Sequence record: SRR16133337_22365 | DNA: 42,704 nt | Strand: one strand, 5' to 3' | Part shown: positions 17,878 to 27,058 of the stretch, in pieces | Numbering within the stretch: position 1 is the first letter of the stretch | Layout of the letters: each line of letters opens with the position of its first letter | Made by a program: the position numbers and the translations under genes | The notes under the pieces: generated by a model | What the model saw: only the letters and a program-made list of their open reading frames with translations | Databases searched by the model: none | What the model was told of the DNA's origin: nothing

Positions 17878-18359
17878 TAAGCCCCTTGTAGTGCAGGAAG
17901 TAGTTTAACGCGGATTAATTGACCCGCACCTGTTGTAGCTGTTTCAGCGCGACCAACTGGAAGAGTGGTTGTATCAGCACCAGAAGTTGACTTGACATCA
18001 CCAGCAACGTTACCAGCGCCAGAGATTACAGCGTAAACTAGAGCGTCTTGTGCGATAGCTTCTTGAGCTTCTAGCCAGATTGGGTCGGCTTGAGTGATAG
18101 GAACAGCTTTATCAGCTTCCCATACAGCATCGCCTGTTTCTGGTTGAACTAGAGTTGTAGTCCAGATTGTGGAGCCTAGAATGAAGTCGCCAGCAGCAGA
18201 AGGGATTACAGCCTTACCAGCAGATCGAGTAACAAGCTTGCCAGGAAGTAAGTCAGCACCAGCAATAGCAGTGATGGTATCGAAGCCTCGACGACTATCA
18301 GCAACCATACCTTTAATCGCCGCATCTGGCTCAAGTGAGTAAGTAGTATTTAAAGGCAT
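17877..18359 (-). CDS. Capsid decoration / cement protein
   Basis: 160-aa Ala/Gly-rich gene between scaffold and capsid. Confidence 0.75.
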   Translation of the reverse strand: MPLNTTYSLEPDAAIKGMVADSRRGFDTITAIAGADLLPGKLVTRSAGKAVIPSAAGDFILGSTIWTTTLVQPETGDAVWEADKAVPITQADPIWLEAQEAIAQDALVYAVISGAGNVAGDVKSTSGADTTTLPVGRAETATTGAGQLIRVKLLPALQGA

Positions 18360-18361
18360 AA

Positions 18362-19411
18362 TTATTTCTCCGTGCCGTTATAGAACTGTGAATCAGATTT
18401 TTGTTGAACTGTTAGCGTTGGTTTTGAATCGTTACGCTCACCATTGCCGCGCTGCTTGCGCACGTTGTCATCTTCAATATGCTCGATTGTTGTATCTAGT
18501 CGAGCCATTACATAAGTGTCACTCTTCTCATTCATCTTAACGTTAGGCATTGCTTCAATAGCCAACTCGCGAGATGTTTTGATTTCACCTGAGTCTTTGC
18601 GGATCTTGATTTCGTGATTTAGCTTAAGAGCCTTCTCATGAGTGTCGAAGATTTCAGAGAGCTCATTTGAATCCATCTTACCTTCAGAGCTCTTCATTTT
18701 CTCTTTAAGTTCATCGTACTGAGCTTGAAGCTTTTCGGTATCTTCACCGTCTTTCTTCATCTGAGCCAGCTCGGCCTTCATGTCGTCTAACTTTTTCTTG
18801 CCATCTTCTTCTGACATATCAAAGTTAGCTTTCATTGTGTCAACTTCGCCTTGCAGCAATTGGCCTTCAGCCTCAGAGCAGTCGAGCTTGATCTCTTTCC
18901 CGTTCGGGAATTTGATTACTTGCATTGTGTTTTCCTCGTTTAAATCATAAGAATCACGGCGCTCGTCTGCACGAATACCGCTAGATGGACTGCGACCAAC
19001 TGGACACAGAGCCAAATGGTTATTTGAACGACCTACCTGAGTTTGACCATCCAATTGAGCTAAGTATCCAGCAGATAAACCACGAACGCCAGACTTAACA
19101 GCATCTAGAGCGGTTTTAGCAGTTACCTTGAATCTAGCCCATAATTCATTATCTTGACGCCAAGCTTTAACTACAGAGCCAACTTGGTGCTTTTGAGCGG
19201 TGTCTGGAGTAAGCAGCATCTTAGGATGATTTAATGTAAGAGGTAGACCCTCCCACTCATCCATATTCTGAAATAATGCTGAATCAGAAATAGTCTCTAC
19301 ACCATCCTTGTAGACAATTTTCTCACCAGCAGAGGCGATTACACCTTCAGCAACTAGAAATCCGTTTGAGTCTTCTACAATCTTGAATTTACGAGCACTA
19401 TCGAAACGCAT
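18362..19411 (-). CDS. Prohead protease/scaffold (DUF2213-like)
   Basis: PLTLNHP, GLSAGY, NHLALCPVGR motifs with charged coiled-coil C-terminus. Confidence 0.85.
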   Translation of the reverse strand: MRFDSARKFKIVEDSNGFLVAEGVIASAGEKIVYKDGVETISDSALFQNMDEWEGLPLTLNHPKMLLTPDTAQKHQVGSVVKAWRQDNELWARFKVTAKTALDAVKSGVRGLSAGYLAQLDGQTQVGRSNNHLALCPVGRSPSSGIRADERRDSYDLNEENTMQVIKFPNGKEIKLDCSEAEGQLLQGEVDTMKANFDMSEEDGKKKLDDMKAELAQMKKDGEDTEKLQAQYDELKEKMKSSEGKMDSNELSEIFDTHEKALKLNHEIKIRKDSGEIKTSRELAIEAMPNVKMNEKSDTYVMARLDTTIEHIEDDNVRKQRGNGERNDSKPTLTVQQKSDSQFYNGTEK

Positions 19412-19478
19412 TTAAACACCCATGAACGGTTGATACATTAGCATTATAACACCTTGACATTAAGGCGCAAACTGTCTT

Positions 19479-19604
19479 CTATCCTTCCATTGCTTGATCC
19501 ACCTTTTCAGCTTCCTCTTTTGAGTCTGGACCTACGTAGCATTTACCCGAACTTCCCCATCGATGGCCTAACTTGCCATATAATTGACATTGCATTACTG
19601 GCAT
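19479..19604 (-). CDS. Small phage head-region protein (41 aa)
   Basis: MPVMQCQLYGKLGHRWGSSGKCYVGPDSKEEAEKVDQAMEG; WG-x-SGKCY pattern recalled from small phage head-region ORFs. Confidence 0.55.
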   Translation of the reverse strand: MPVMQCQLYGKLGHRWGSSGKCYVGPDSKEEAEKVDQAMEG

Positions 19605-20314
19605 TTTAACTTCCCGTGATTTTTGTGGTAACCGTATTTTTTGTTGGCTTCTTTTCTTGCGCTTATGGCATTGTTAACATCATCAAAGTACCCAAGATGC
19701 TTATCCTTACCATCAACCTTTATCCTTGCCATCCATTTTTGAGTCCCTTTGTGAAATGAAACCCCCGTGCATCCAGACTTATTGTCTTTCCTTAGTGATG
19801 AATTTCTATTGTTGTCTTGATATGTTGCATCCCTAAGGTTTAACTTTCTGTTATTTAGAGTGTCACCATCAATGTGATCTGTGATCATACCTTCCGGAGT
19901 GTTGTTTATAAGTCTATGTAGGGCGTCCTCTCTACCCCTGTATACATATGTTGCGCTGCCCCTTCCAATTAATGCGCCCCATCTTCCTGCGCCATCTATA
20001 ACTCTATCTAAATCTTCAATATCAATCACTGTCATTGTGTTTGGAGATTTTTTTGTAGATACGTCAATTATCACAACATCACCAGAAACCGTGTAAGAGT
20101 TAGTTTTTGTGACCTTCTCTGCTTGCCTTTTAATTCCACACTCTCTGCATGATTTCTGCTTTCCAGAATGAAGATCGCCACCAGAAACCAAGGCACTAGC
20201 TCCACAATCACACTTGCAATTCCACATTACCCTTTTATTCACTACACCATGAAAGCTAATTGCGGTTAGGTTGTTATACTTAACACCAGATCTATCTTTT
20301 ACTTGGGAATTCAT
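19595..20314 (-). CDS. HNH homing endonuclease with AP2 DNA-binding domain
   Basis: WNCKCDCG; LHRLI...TDHIDGDTLNNRKLNLR (HNH); SGCTGVSFHK...WMARI...HLGYF (AP2). Confidence 0.9.
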   Translation of the reverse strand: MNSQVKDRSGVKYNNLTAISFHGVVNKRVMWNCKCDCGASALVSGGDLHSGKQKSCRECGIKRQAEKVTKTNSYTVSGDVVIIDVSTKKSPNTMTVIDIEDLDRVIDGAGRWGALIGRGSATYVYRGREDALHRLINNTPEGMITDHIDGDTLNNRKLNLRDATYQDNNRNSSLRKDNKSGCTGVSFHKGTQKWMARIKVDGKDKHLGYFDDVNNAISARKEANKKYGYHKNHGKLKCQ

Positions 20315-20362
20315 TTTACTACCTCTGATTTCTTAGTTTGCCAAATCATAGTAGCACCAAAT

Positions 20363-21184
20363 CTAATCAAGATCTATTACGCTTACCGCATAGCATCTGC
20401 AATTCACTGGCATACCGGGAAACTCCCCATCTATACCTTTATTTATATCGTAAACTTCACCATGCCTAGCCCAATGACTAGGTCGAGCGTTCGGATACAA
20501 GCCACCTGGTCGACCCCTAACCCTTTCGTCTGAAACTGTCATCCATTGAGCCTTCTCAATACCGAGCTCTTTACTTCTTTGCTGGTTAACCTCCGCATTA
20601 AGGTTGCCAACTTCATTTCTTGCAATGGTGTTAGCTCGACGCCAAGTTATGTCGGTTGCCTTTTGAATGTCCTTAGCGATCTCTCTGTTAGTCTTGCCTT
20701 GAGTGTAACCGCTTGCTACTGACTTCTGAATTCGAGTTAAATACTCTTCCTGTAAGTCTTGAATGAGTAGTTCGTTATTAGTAACCCAGTCATTAACGTA
20801 AGACAAATCACCTTGCGGAAGCTTAACAGCAACACCCACAGACCTCTCAATTGAGTTGGTAATGTTACGCTCATTTGCCTCATAAGTCTTTATTGCGTAC
20901 TCATTAGCAAGAGCGAAGCCGGGAAAGATTCTGTCCTTTAGTAATTTGATTTGAATCAATATATCACCAAGAGAATCATTGCGAACGCCATCACGCTGAG
21001 CAACTTGCTCCTTTAGCTCTGGAAGGATAATTTCCTTAACCTGCCTGGCCATGTACCTAACAATCTTTCTCATATCCGAGGTGTACTGGAGAGACACACC
21101 GTGCGGGTAAGTGTGTCCAACCTTGATTGATTTAGGCTTGCCGCTAGTGTTTAGCGGCTGAAGCATGTTTTTAAGTTCACTCAA
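20363..21184 (-). CDS. Minor head morphogenesis protein (SPP1 gp7 / Mu gpF family)
   Basis: RANTIARNE, WMTVSDERVR, PGMPVNCRC motifs. Confidence 0.9.
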   Translation of the reverse strand: MSELKNMLQPLNTSGKPKSIKVGHTYPHGVSLQYTSDMRKIVRYMARQVKEIILPELKEQVAQRDGVRNDSLGDILIQIKLLKDRIFPGFALANEYAIKTYEANERNITNSIERSVGVAVKLPQGDLSYVNDWVTNNELLIQDLQEEYLTRIQKSVASGYTQGKTNREIAKDIQKATDITWRRANTIARNEVGNLNAEVNQQRSKELGIEKAQWMTVSDERVRGRPGGLYPNARPSHWARHGEVYDINKGIDGEFPGMPVNCRCYAVSVIDLD

Positions 21185-22451
21185 ACTTTACACCTATATC
21201 ATCAGTTTCATTCTCAATATTCCACACGCCAAGGCTGTTAAGTTGGTTGATCGCCTCTTCTGGAGTTAGGATTGAATTAATCAGAGGAAGGATAGCTGCA
21301 GATGATTGCTGCATGATTAGAGACTTATTGGCGTCTGACATTTCGTGTAATGACTCAAATACCCACTCTTCATTCTCATAACCGTCAGCATACAGAAGCG
21401 TTTCGATGCATGGAGCTATCTGGTCCTGTCGGATATCTTCTACCATATCGTAATAGGTCGTTAGCAATTCTTCTTGTGAGCCACCAAAGCCACCAGGAGA
21501 CTCACCAAATAAAACAAGCTCACCCATTTCAGATGCAGCACCAACCGCAGTTTTGAACTGATTCATTAGGTCGGTCACACCAGATACGGTCCTATTGATA
21601 AACTGGAAGTCTTCTTCAGTATCAATAGCAGCTACACGATAGTTAGACTTTGTATGATTGAACTTGTTCACCCTTCGTTGAACTGCAGCCTGAGCACCAC
21701 CTTGAATGTTAGTGGAGGTTAGGTTTGGAACTTTTAGAATGCCAATATTTAGCTCAGTTAGAATATGTCGAACATCTTCATAGGTAGCCTGAAGGTGTTT
21801 GATTGACGAATACACAGAAGCGACGATAGACCCGCCCCAATACAACTCTTCAATCCACTCTCTACGCGTTAGCTCCGCACCCATAAACTTACACACGCGA
21901 GTATGGTGGAATCGCTTACCTTCATAGGTTTGAAAGATTAGTGGCTTCATGTAGTTAGTTGAATTGTAGTCCGTATCATAGGCTACAGGCGTTAAATCCC
22001 AGCGGTCATACACTTCAATATCAACCAAGTTATCAGGCTTTGATTCGAGAGGTAGTTCTGGGTCTGAGTCCTTGGTGATAAGCACAATGCCAGCACCGCC
22101 AAATAGGCGAGCCCACGCAATGGCCGTCTTAACCTTTTGGCGAACACCGATATCTTTGAACTTATTGGATACACCCTTAGACTTTTCAACATCTTTGAAT
22201 TGAATGAATTTGCGAGTCGCATCCTTTGCTGGTCGCATGCAAATCTTGCGCGATAACCAATCAGAGCGATACATAGACTGTAGTACTTGATAGTTAAGCA
22301 CTGAGTTAAGTGGTGAGTATGTTGTGTATAGGGTTTTATCAATACCCGGCATACCTTGTCCAGACGCTGAGTTTTCCCAGGCATCGTGTCGGTATGAAGG
22401 CTTTTCAGGGACTAGAATCCCGCTAGGTGTTTCTGTGTATTCTGTAGACAT
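21177..22451 (-). CDS. Portal protein (DUF1073-like)
   Basis: YRSDWLSRKI, WARLFGG, HHTRV, LFGESPGG motifs; precedes minor head gene. Confidence 0.9.
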   Translation of the reverse strand: MSTEYTETPSGILVPEKPSYRHDAWENSASGQGMPGIDKTLYTTYSPLNSVLNYQVLQSMYRSDWLSRKICMRPAKDATRKFIQFKDVEKSKGVSNKFKDIGVRQKVKTAIAWARLFGGAGIVLITKDSDPELPLESKPDNLVDIEVYDRWDLTPVAYDTDYNSTNYMKPLIFQTYEGKRFHHTRVCKFMGAELTRREWIEELYWGGSIVASVYSSIKHLQATYEDVRHILTELNIGILKVPNLTSTNIQGGAQAAVQRRVNKFNHTKSNYRVAAIDTEEDFQFINRTVSGVTDLMNQFKTAVGAASEMGELVLFGESPGGFGGSQEELLTTYYDMVEDIRQDQIAPCIETLLYADGYENEEWVFESLHEMSDANKSLIMQQSSAAILPLINSILTPEEAINQLNSLGVWNIENETDDIGVKFE

Positions 22452-22513
22452 AGGTAATCCCCGTTTTTATAGAGGATAGTATAACACTTGTTAGTTTAAT
22501 CTTTAAACTCAAA

Positions 22514-22540
22514 GAAAAGCCCCGCTAGTTGCGAGGCTTG
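22514..22540 (-). terminator. Intrinsic terminator
   Basis: AAGCCTCGC-AACTA-GCGGGGCTT followed by a T run. Confidence 0.8.
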
Positions 22541-22543
22541 GTG

Positions 22544-22612
22544 TTAATCTTCGTCGTAATCAGATTCAGTCGGAACTTCACTCATCCACCAGTCATTTAG
22601 GTAGTCGTCCAT
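22544..22612 (-). CDS. Acidic micropeptide (22 aa)
   Basis: AAGGAGAG RBS; MDDYLNDWWMSEVPTESDYDED. Confidence 0.45.
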   Translation of the reverse strand: MDDYLNDWWMSEVPTESDYDED

Positions 22613-22700
22613 GTTACTCTCCTTGCTCTAGTAGTTTATTGGTCATCCTCATCACTCTCTATTTAATTAGTTCTGGGTTTTACGGTTTGAAACCGCATAT

Positions 22701-23408
22701 CTATGCTTCTAGTAACTTTACTTCTTCAATCAACTTTTCTTTAAATCTAAGATTGAACATCTTAGTTAGCTTTTTCTTTCTATCTTCGTATGAGTCTCCG
22801 ACCTGAATAAACACTGTGTTAGCACGCTGCAAATCAATAACAGCTAGCATCTGTAAGTCTGTCATATAGTCTCGAATTGATTCGTTCTTTCCAATTTCGT
22901 GATAAGCCTTGTACTTGCTCGCCGTAACTCCAAGAACTATTCTGTTGATCATGTCAGATTCATTGCTGTAATGGTAATGCTTGGGCTCGTCGTGAATGTC
23001 TTTAATTGCATCAGTCATCGGTCTGAACTCAAGTTTTAGCGACTCTCTATGCTCAAGTTGCTTTTGATTCTCCATTGTCTTAACTTCGCAATCCAAGAAA
23101 TAAAGCCTAGCAAGCTTGCCCATCTCTGAGCTTTCAATCATTGCCAGTTGCTTAACCATGTCTGGGGTGCAGTGGTAGTTTGTTTCTTCACCACGGACAA
23201 CTTTGTCCACGGTTAAACAGTAATCAACATGCTCATCGAATCCATACTTTTCAATTCTGCGCTGAATCCACTTATGAAATGGAGTCTTCACGCCAAGCCA
23301 CTCATGAACAATACGAGCGTTAACCGCGGTAACAAATCCATTCTGCTTAGATGCTTGAAATGTTTTCTTTATCTCGTTAAACGTCTTTACTGGTAGGTGC
23401 TTCTTCAT
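22701..23408 (-). CDS. AntA/AntB-family antirepressor-like DNA-binding protein (probable ATG at 23408)
   Basis: VNARIVHEWLGVKTPFHKWIQRRIEKYGF...ARLYFLDCE (AntA-like); HYHYSNESDMINRIVLG C-terminal module. Confidence 0.8.
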   Translation of the reverse strand: MKKHLPVKTFNEIKKTFQASKQNGFVTAVNARIVHEWLGVKTPFHKWIQRRIEKYGFDEHVDYCLTVDKVVRGEETNYHCTPDMVKQLAMIESSEMGKLARLYFLDCEVKTMENQKQLEHRESLKLEFRPMTDAIKDIHDEPKHYHYSNESDMINRIVLGVTASKYKAYHEIGKNESIRDYMTDLQMLAVIDLQRANTVFIQVGDSYEDRKKKLTKMFNLRFKEKLIEEVKLLEA

Positions 23409-23520
23409 TCTTTCTATCCCTATATGATTTCTGCTTACAAGCCTTGCTGCAATAGTTACGAGCAAAGCGCCTTTTTACCTGCATTTCTACTTTGCAGTTA
23501 TGACAATATGCTATCTTCAT
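23377..23520 (-). CDS. Small zinc-finger regulator (47 aa)
   Basis: MKIAYCHNCKVEMQVKRRFARNYCSKACKQKSYRDRK...; GGAGG RBS; first gene after the promoter. Confidence 0.7.
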   Translation of the reverse strand: MKIAYCHNCKVEMQVKRRFARNYCSKACKQKSYRDRKNEEAPTSKDV

Positions 23521-23531
23521 TCCTTACCTCC

Positions 23532-23566
23532 GTTACCAATGTAGAGCTAACGGTAACACAAGTCAA
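23532..23566 (-). promoter_or_regulatory. Sigma70 promoter with overlapping inverted-repeat operator
   Basis: TTGACT-17-TACATT; GTTACC(23532-23537)/GGTAAC(23552-23557) inverted repeat. Confidence 0.7.
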
Positions 23567-23578
23567 GAACTTTGGACA

Positions 23579-23603
23579 CAAAAAAGCCCTCACGTAGAGG
23601 GCT
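23579..23603 (-). terminator. Intrinsic terminator after the terminase operon
   Basis: AGCCCTC-TACGT-GAGGGCT followed by a T run. Confidence 0.85.
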
Positions 23604-23619
23604 AGTTGTTATTGCCTGA

Positions 23620-24174
23620 CTATCCGGCGGGGGTAATTCTAACTGCAAACATAATCAAATCAGTTAGGGTTAAGTTACCAGCCGTATTAGATGACAACTC
23701 AATGCCAATCTCTTCATTTGGCGCAATGCTACCAAAGACCACGATTGAGAAACCAATCGCAGGAGACGAGCCACCGAACGACACGCCAACAGGGTAGAAC
23801 TTAATCCCGCCAGTGAACTCTTGCCCTAAGTTACTAGCAACCTTAATTCCGATATAGGTATCAAGAAATGCCGGGTCGTCAGCTATAATCGTTCCGTTAA
23901 AGTCTATACGGTAGGACTGCGTTTCCGTTGAGTTATGTTTAATAACCGCAAATGAGTTACTACCAGATATAAAGTCACCATCATAGCCTGGGGCTGGCGG
24001 CGCTAGCGGTGTTGATATTAATGCAGTCTCAAATAGGTTTGGGTCTGAGGTTACAGTGGTTGTTGCCGTGTCGTTATTGGTAACTAGAATATTTGATGGG
24101 GCTCCGGTGAACTCGCCGCCTCCACCTCCACCACCAAGGCTTATCACCTTGCTATTCTTTCCTCCACTTGGCAT
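23620..24174 (-). CDS. Putative virion fibre/decoration protein (poly-Gly linker, beta-rich C-terminus)
   Basis: ATG at 24174 with GGAG RBS; G7 linker; beta-strand-rich C-terminal domain; function inferred. Confidence 0.5.
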   Translation of the reverse strand: MPSGGKNSKVISLGGGGGGGEFTGAPSNILVTNNDTATTTVTSDPNLFETALISTPLAPPAPGYDGDFISGSNSFAVIKHNSTETQSYRIDFNGTIIADDPAFLDTYIGIKVASNLGQEFTGGIKFYPVGVSFGGSSPAIGFSIVVFGSIAPNEEIGIELSSNTAGNLTLTDLIMFAVRITPAG

Positions 24175-24175
24175 G

Positions 24176-24451
24176 TTAAGCTCCTTTTGGTGATTTAACG
24201 ATGACTGAAGCACCGGTTAATGAGTAAGCATACATATTCTCACCTGCTGCAATGCCGTAGTAAGGGAATGTATCACCTCGGTGTGTCTGCTCCATATCTG
24301 GAGTATTAGCGTCAAACGTAGTTGGTAGAGTTGCTGACTCTAGATAAAGCACAACACTCTCACCTGACTTATGTCGGATTGAGCCCTCTTTGTCGGTAGT
24401 GGACACTTGCGTCCACACACCTTTTTCTAATTCAATGATTTCTGAAGCCAT
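24176..24451 (-). CDS. Hypothetical protein, putatively virion-associated
   Basis: AAGGAG RBS; directly after terminase large subunit. Confidence 0.6.
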   Translation of the reverse strand: MASEIIELEKGVWTQVSTTDKEGSIRHKSGESVVLYLESATLPTTFDANTPDMEQTHRGDTFPYYGIAAGENMYAYSLTGASVIVKSPKGA

Positions 24452-24478
24452 GGTTTTCTCCTTTGTTTAACCTATACA

Positions 24479-26023
24479 TTACCATGCTGAAATGTTGTAA
24501 TCACTACCTCCAAGCATGTCACTTATAGCATCGCACATAGGGTCAATAAAGTCATCGTGAGAGTGGTTCATCTCCATGGTAAAAGACTCGCATTCCATTA
24601 TAAATTCACTAATCCACGAGCAATCTGTAATCTCTGACCCGTCTTGGTACTCGTGCCTTGACATTGGATCTGGCAGCATAACCAATCCAGACTGTATAAA
24701 TCCTTGCACATCCATAACCCTGCTGGCCTTACTTCCGCTCGCTCCAGTTCTTGGGATTGGCTTTATTGGTATGCTCCCCTCTCTCTTTATCTTCTGAATT
24801 AACCCAGTGCCCGATGACTTATCCTCAATCGCCATGTACCTAATTTGCGGTTCAGACCCTTTATTGTGCTTTTTCCAGAATGCCGGCGCTTTTATTTCAA
24901 GCTCCCAAGCCTCAAACTTTCCATGAAGAGCATCCATGAGATAGACCTTTCCATCATCACCCAAACCCCATAGCTCAAACACCGTCTTATCGTTCTCCTC
25001 ACCTTTCTTCTGCGCTGTATCGGCATATATCCCACGCCATAGAATTCTCGGAAGCACCTTGTAATACCCAAACCAATCACCACGAAGAACTGAGCCGCCC
25101 TTTGATGTTGGCCTTTGTTGGTATAGCGCATTCCACGTTAGTGAGCCTGACCTTTTGCACTGGTCGACAAATGACTGGGGCATCCTCTCCGGGAACAGTA
25201 TGTCTCCCTCATCCCTCAACTTGTACTTCTTGCCGTTTATCTCGTGAATCTCTTCCTTTTCCGCTTCCATGGGGAACGAAACGACGCGCCAATCATCACC
25301 CTCACCATCATTCATCCTATCAAGAAGCTGGCCAGCTAAATCAAGCGTGTGCCACCTGGTAAGGATGATGATAATCCCATTAAGCTTAGGGTCACGCCGA
25401 GTGAAAAAAGTAGTGTCATACCAGTCCATAACGGCCTCTTGATACGCTGCTGACGCTGCCGTTTTGTAGTCCTTGGCTGGGTCGTCTATAATGCCTATGT
25501 TCATGCCTTGACCAGTAATACCACCGTTAACACCCGCAGCACGGTAAGCGCCACCTTTTAAGTCACCCTTCTCACCAACCACTTCCCACAGTTCTGCAGT
25601 ACGTATTGCGCCCTTAGCCACAGTCTTGATGTTAGAGCTATTAAGTCTGGTGTCGGGGAATACATCATGATACAGGTCGTTATCAATAATGCGCTGTGTG
25701 TCTCTAGACATTCTATTTGCTAGGTCTGACGAGTATGAACAGGCGATTATATTCCACTCAGGGTGATGCCCTAACGCGTATGCGGGGAACCTTCGAGATG
25801 CAATCTCACTCTTACCTGAACGAGGTGGTGCGAATATCATTAAGCGAGGTGACTTACCCTTCCTTACGTCATCCATGAATTTATCCATCTCAACACATAG
25901 TAGCTCGTTGAACCATCCCGCCTCATAATCAGGTTTGGTGAACAAAACAAAGTCCATCAGGTTTGTTGATGCCTGTTTTGCCTTCTTATTTCTGGCTGCT
26001 TGTAGCAGCTCGTTATTATTCAT
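24479..26023 (-). CDS. terL: Terminase large subunit
   Basis: Walker A PPRSGKS, Walker B IIDD, TRWH motif, nuclease residues ADTA and HDDFID. Confidence 0.95.
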   Translation of the reverse strand: MNNNELLQAARNKKAKQASTNLMDFVLFTKPDYEAGWFNELLCVEMDKFMDDVRKGKSPRLMIFAPPRSGKSEIASRRFPAYALGHHPEWNIIACSYSSDLANRMSRDTQRIIDNDLYHDVFPDTRLNSSNIKTVAKGAIRTAELWEVVGEKGDLKGGAYRAAGVNGGITGQGMNIGIIDDPAKDYKTAASAAYQEAVMDWYDTTFFTRRDPKLNGIIIILTRWHTLDLAGQLLDRMNDGEGDDWRVVSFPMEAEKEEIHEINGKKYKLRDEGDILFPERMPQSFVDQCKRSGSLTWNALYQQRPTSKGGSVLRGDWFGYYKVLPRILWRGIYADTAQKKGEENDKTVFELWGLGDDGKVYLMDALHGKFEAWELEIKAPAFWKKHNKGSEPQIRYMAIEDKSSGTGLIQKIKREGSIPIKPIPRTGASGSKASRVMDVQGFIQSGLVMLPDPMSRHEYQDGSEITDCSWISEFIMECESFTMEMNHSHDDFIDPMCDAISDMLGGSDYNISAW

Positions 26024-26549
26024 CGATCGCCTTTCCTATCAGCTGGTTTGATTCTCGGCCATAACCAAGCTTTCCTAACTCCTCTTTTAACTTTTCATCG
26101 CTAATTACTTTAACTGACACTTCGCCTTCAATCTTCTGCGGTGCGTCATAGCCTGCAATCTTGGCTAGCTGGGCCATTGCCGACAATGAAGCTTTCAACT
26201 TTAAATCATACCCACCCTTAAACTCTGTGAGAACGCTTATATCGGACGTTAGTAAATCTGATACATTTATACGGGAAAGATCGGAAAGCACCTTCATCAT
26301 CTCCTCACGACTCATTATGGCCTCAGATACGGATGACTGCTTTATTGAATCAAGGAATAGCTTAACGTTACTATTTGTTACTATCTGACTTGCCTTTGAT
26401 CTCTCTCCGTCGCCAGTAGCCTTCCCTCCAGCAGCTCGATACGCCTCAGTGTTGTTCATGCCTAACAATATGTTAGTGCATACCTTTTGCTGTAGCGGAG
26501 TCAGCCTATCGAACATATCCCTTTGTTCTTCTGTCATTTCAATAGACAT
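26016..26549 (-). CDS. terS: Terminase small subunit
   Basis: N-terminal HTH GMNNTEAYRAAG; overlaps terL start. Confidence 0.85.
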   Translation of the reverse strand: MSIEMTEEQRDMFDRLTPLQQKVCTNILLGMNNTEAYRAAGGKATGDGERSKASQIVTNSNVKLFLDSIKQSSVSEAIMSREEMMKVLSDLSRINVSDLLTSDISVLTEFKGGYDLKLKASLSAMAQLAKIAGYDAPQKIEGEVSVKVISDEKLKEELGKLGYGRESNQLIGKAIDE

Positions 26550-26607
26550 TTCATCACCCTAATTAGTTATACAACACCAGTAAATTATACCCCATTACCC
26601 AGAAATG

Positions 26608-26633
26608 AGAAAACCCGCCTAAGTGGCGGGTTT
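26608..26633 (-). terminator. Intrinsic terminator
   Basis: AAACCCGCC-ACTTA-GGCGGGTTT followed by TCT. Confidence 0.75.
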
Positions 26634-26645
26634 GGATTGGTTCAT

Positions 26646-27056
26646 TTAAATCATTGATCTTAGTTTTTCTTTTTCGCCTTTCCAATATTTTGCTGATGTA
26701 TTTATCTTATCTTGAATGAGGGCCATCACATCGCTAACCTGCCTAACCCATTCTGATTTACACTCAGCTTCGCTATCAAAAACGTGCAACTCATTACCAT
26801 GACGCATTCTGTAGCCTGTATTATCAACAGGGCTGAAAACTGTCTTTGTAGCTAGTCCGTTTTTACCTATCTTCTTAAAGTGAGATTCACTGTAGTAAAT
26901 GGTCTTGCTGGTTTCTGAGTTGTCAGCAATTATGCACTTTGTTGGTGGTACATTTCTCAATGGCTTTTTGTCTAAATCAGGCTGTAGATAGTGACAAATC
27001 CAAACGACCTTACCATTGTGCTTTCCATCTCTAACTTCCTTGGTTTCTATCTTCAT
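26646..27056 (-). CDS. Hypothetical protein
   Basis: 136-aa ORF packed in operon. Confidence 0.7.
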   Translation of the reverse strand: MKIETKEVRDGKHNGKVVWICHYLQPDLDKKPLRNVPPTKCIIADNSETSKTIYYSESHFKKIGKNGLATKTVFSPVDNTGYRMRHGNELHVFDSEAECKSEWVRQVSDVMALIQDKINTSAKYWKGEKEKLRSMI

Positions 27057-27058
27057 AC

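Noticed and set aside
21177-22451. Possible anti-CBASS Acb1 call for the DUF1073-like protein
   Set aside because: Size, motifs and position before the minor head gene indicate a portal; no appended 2H-phosphoesterase domain is visible.
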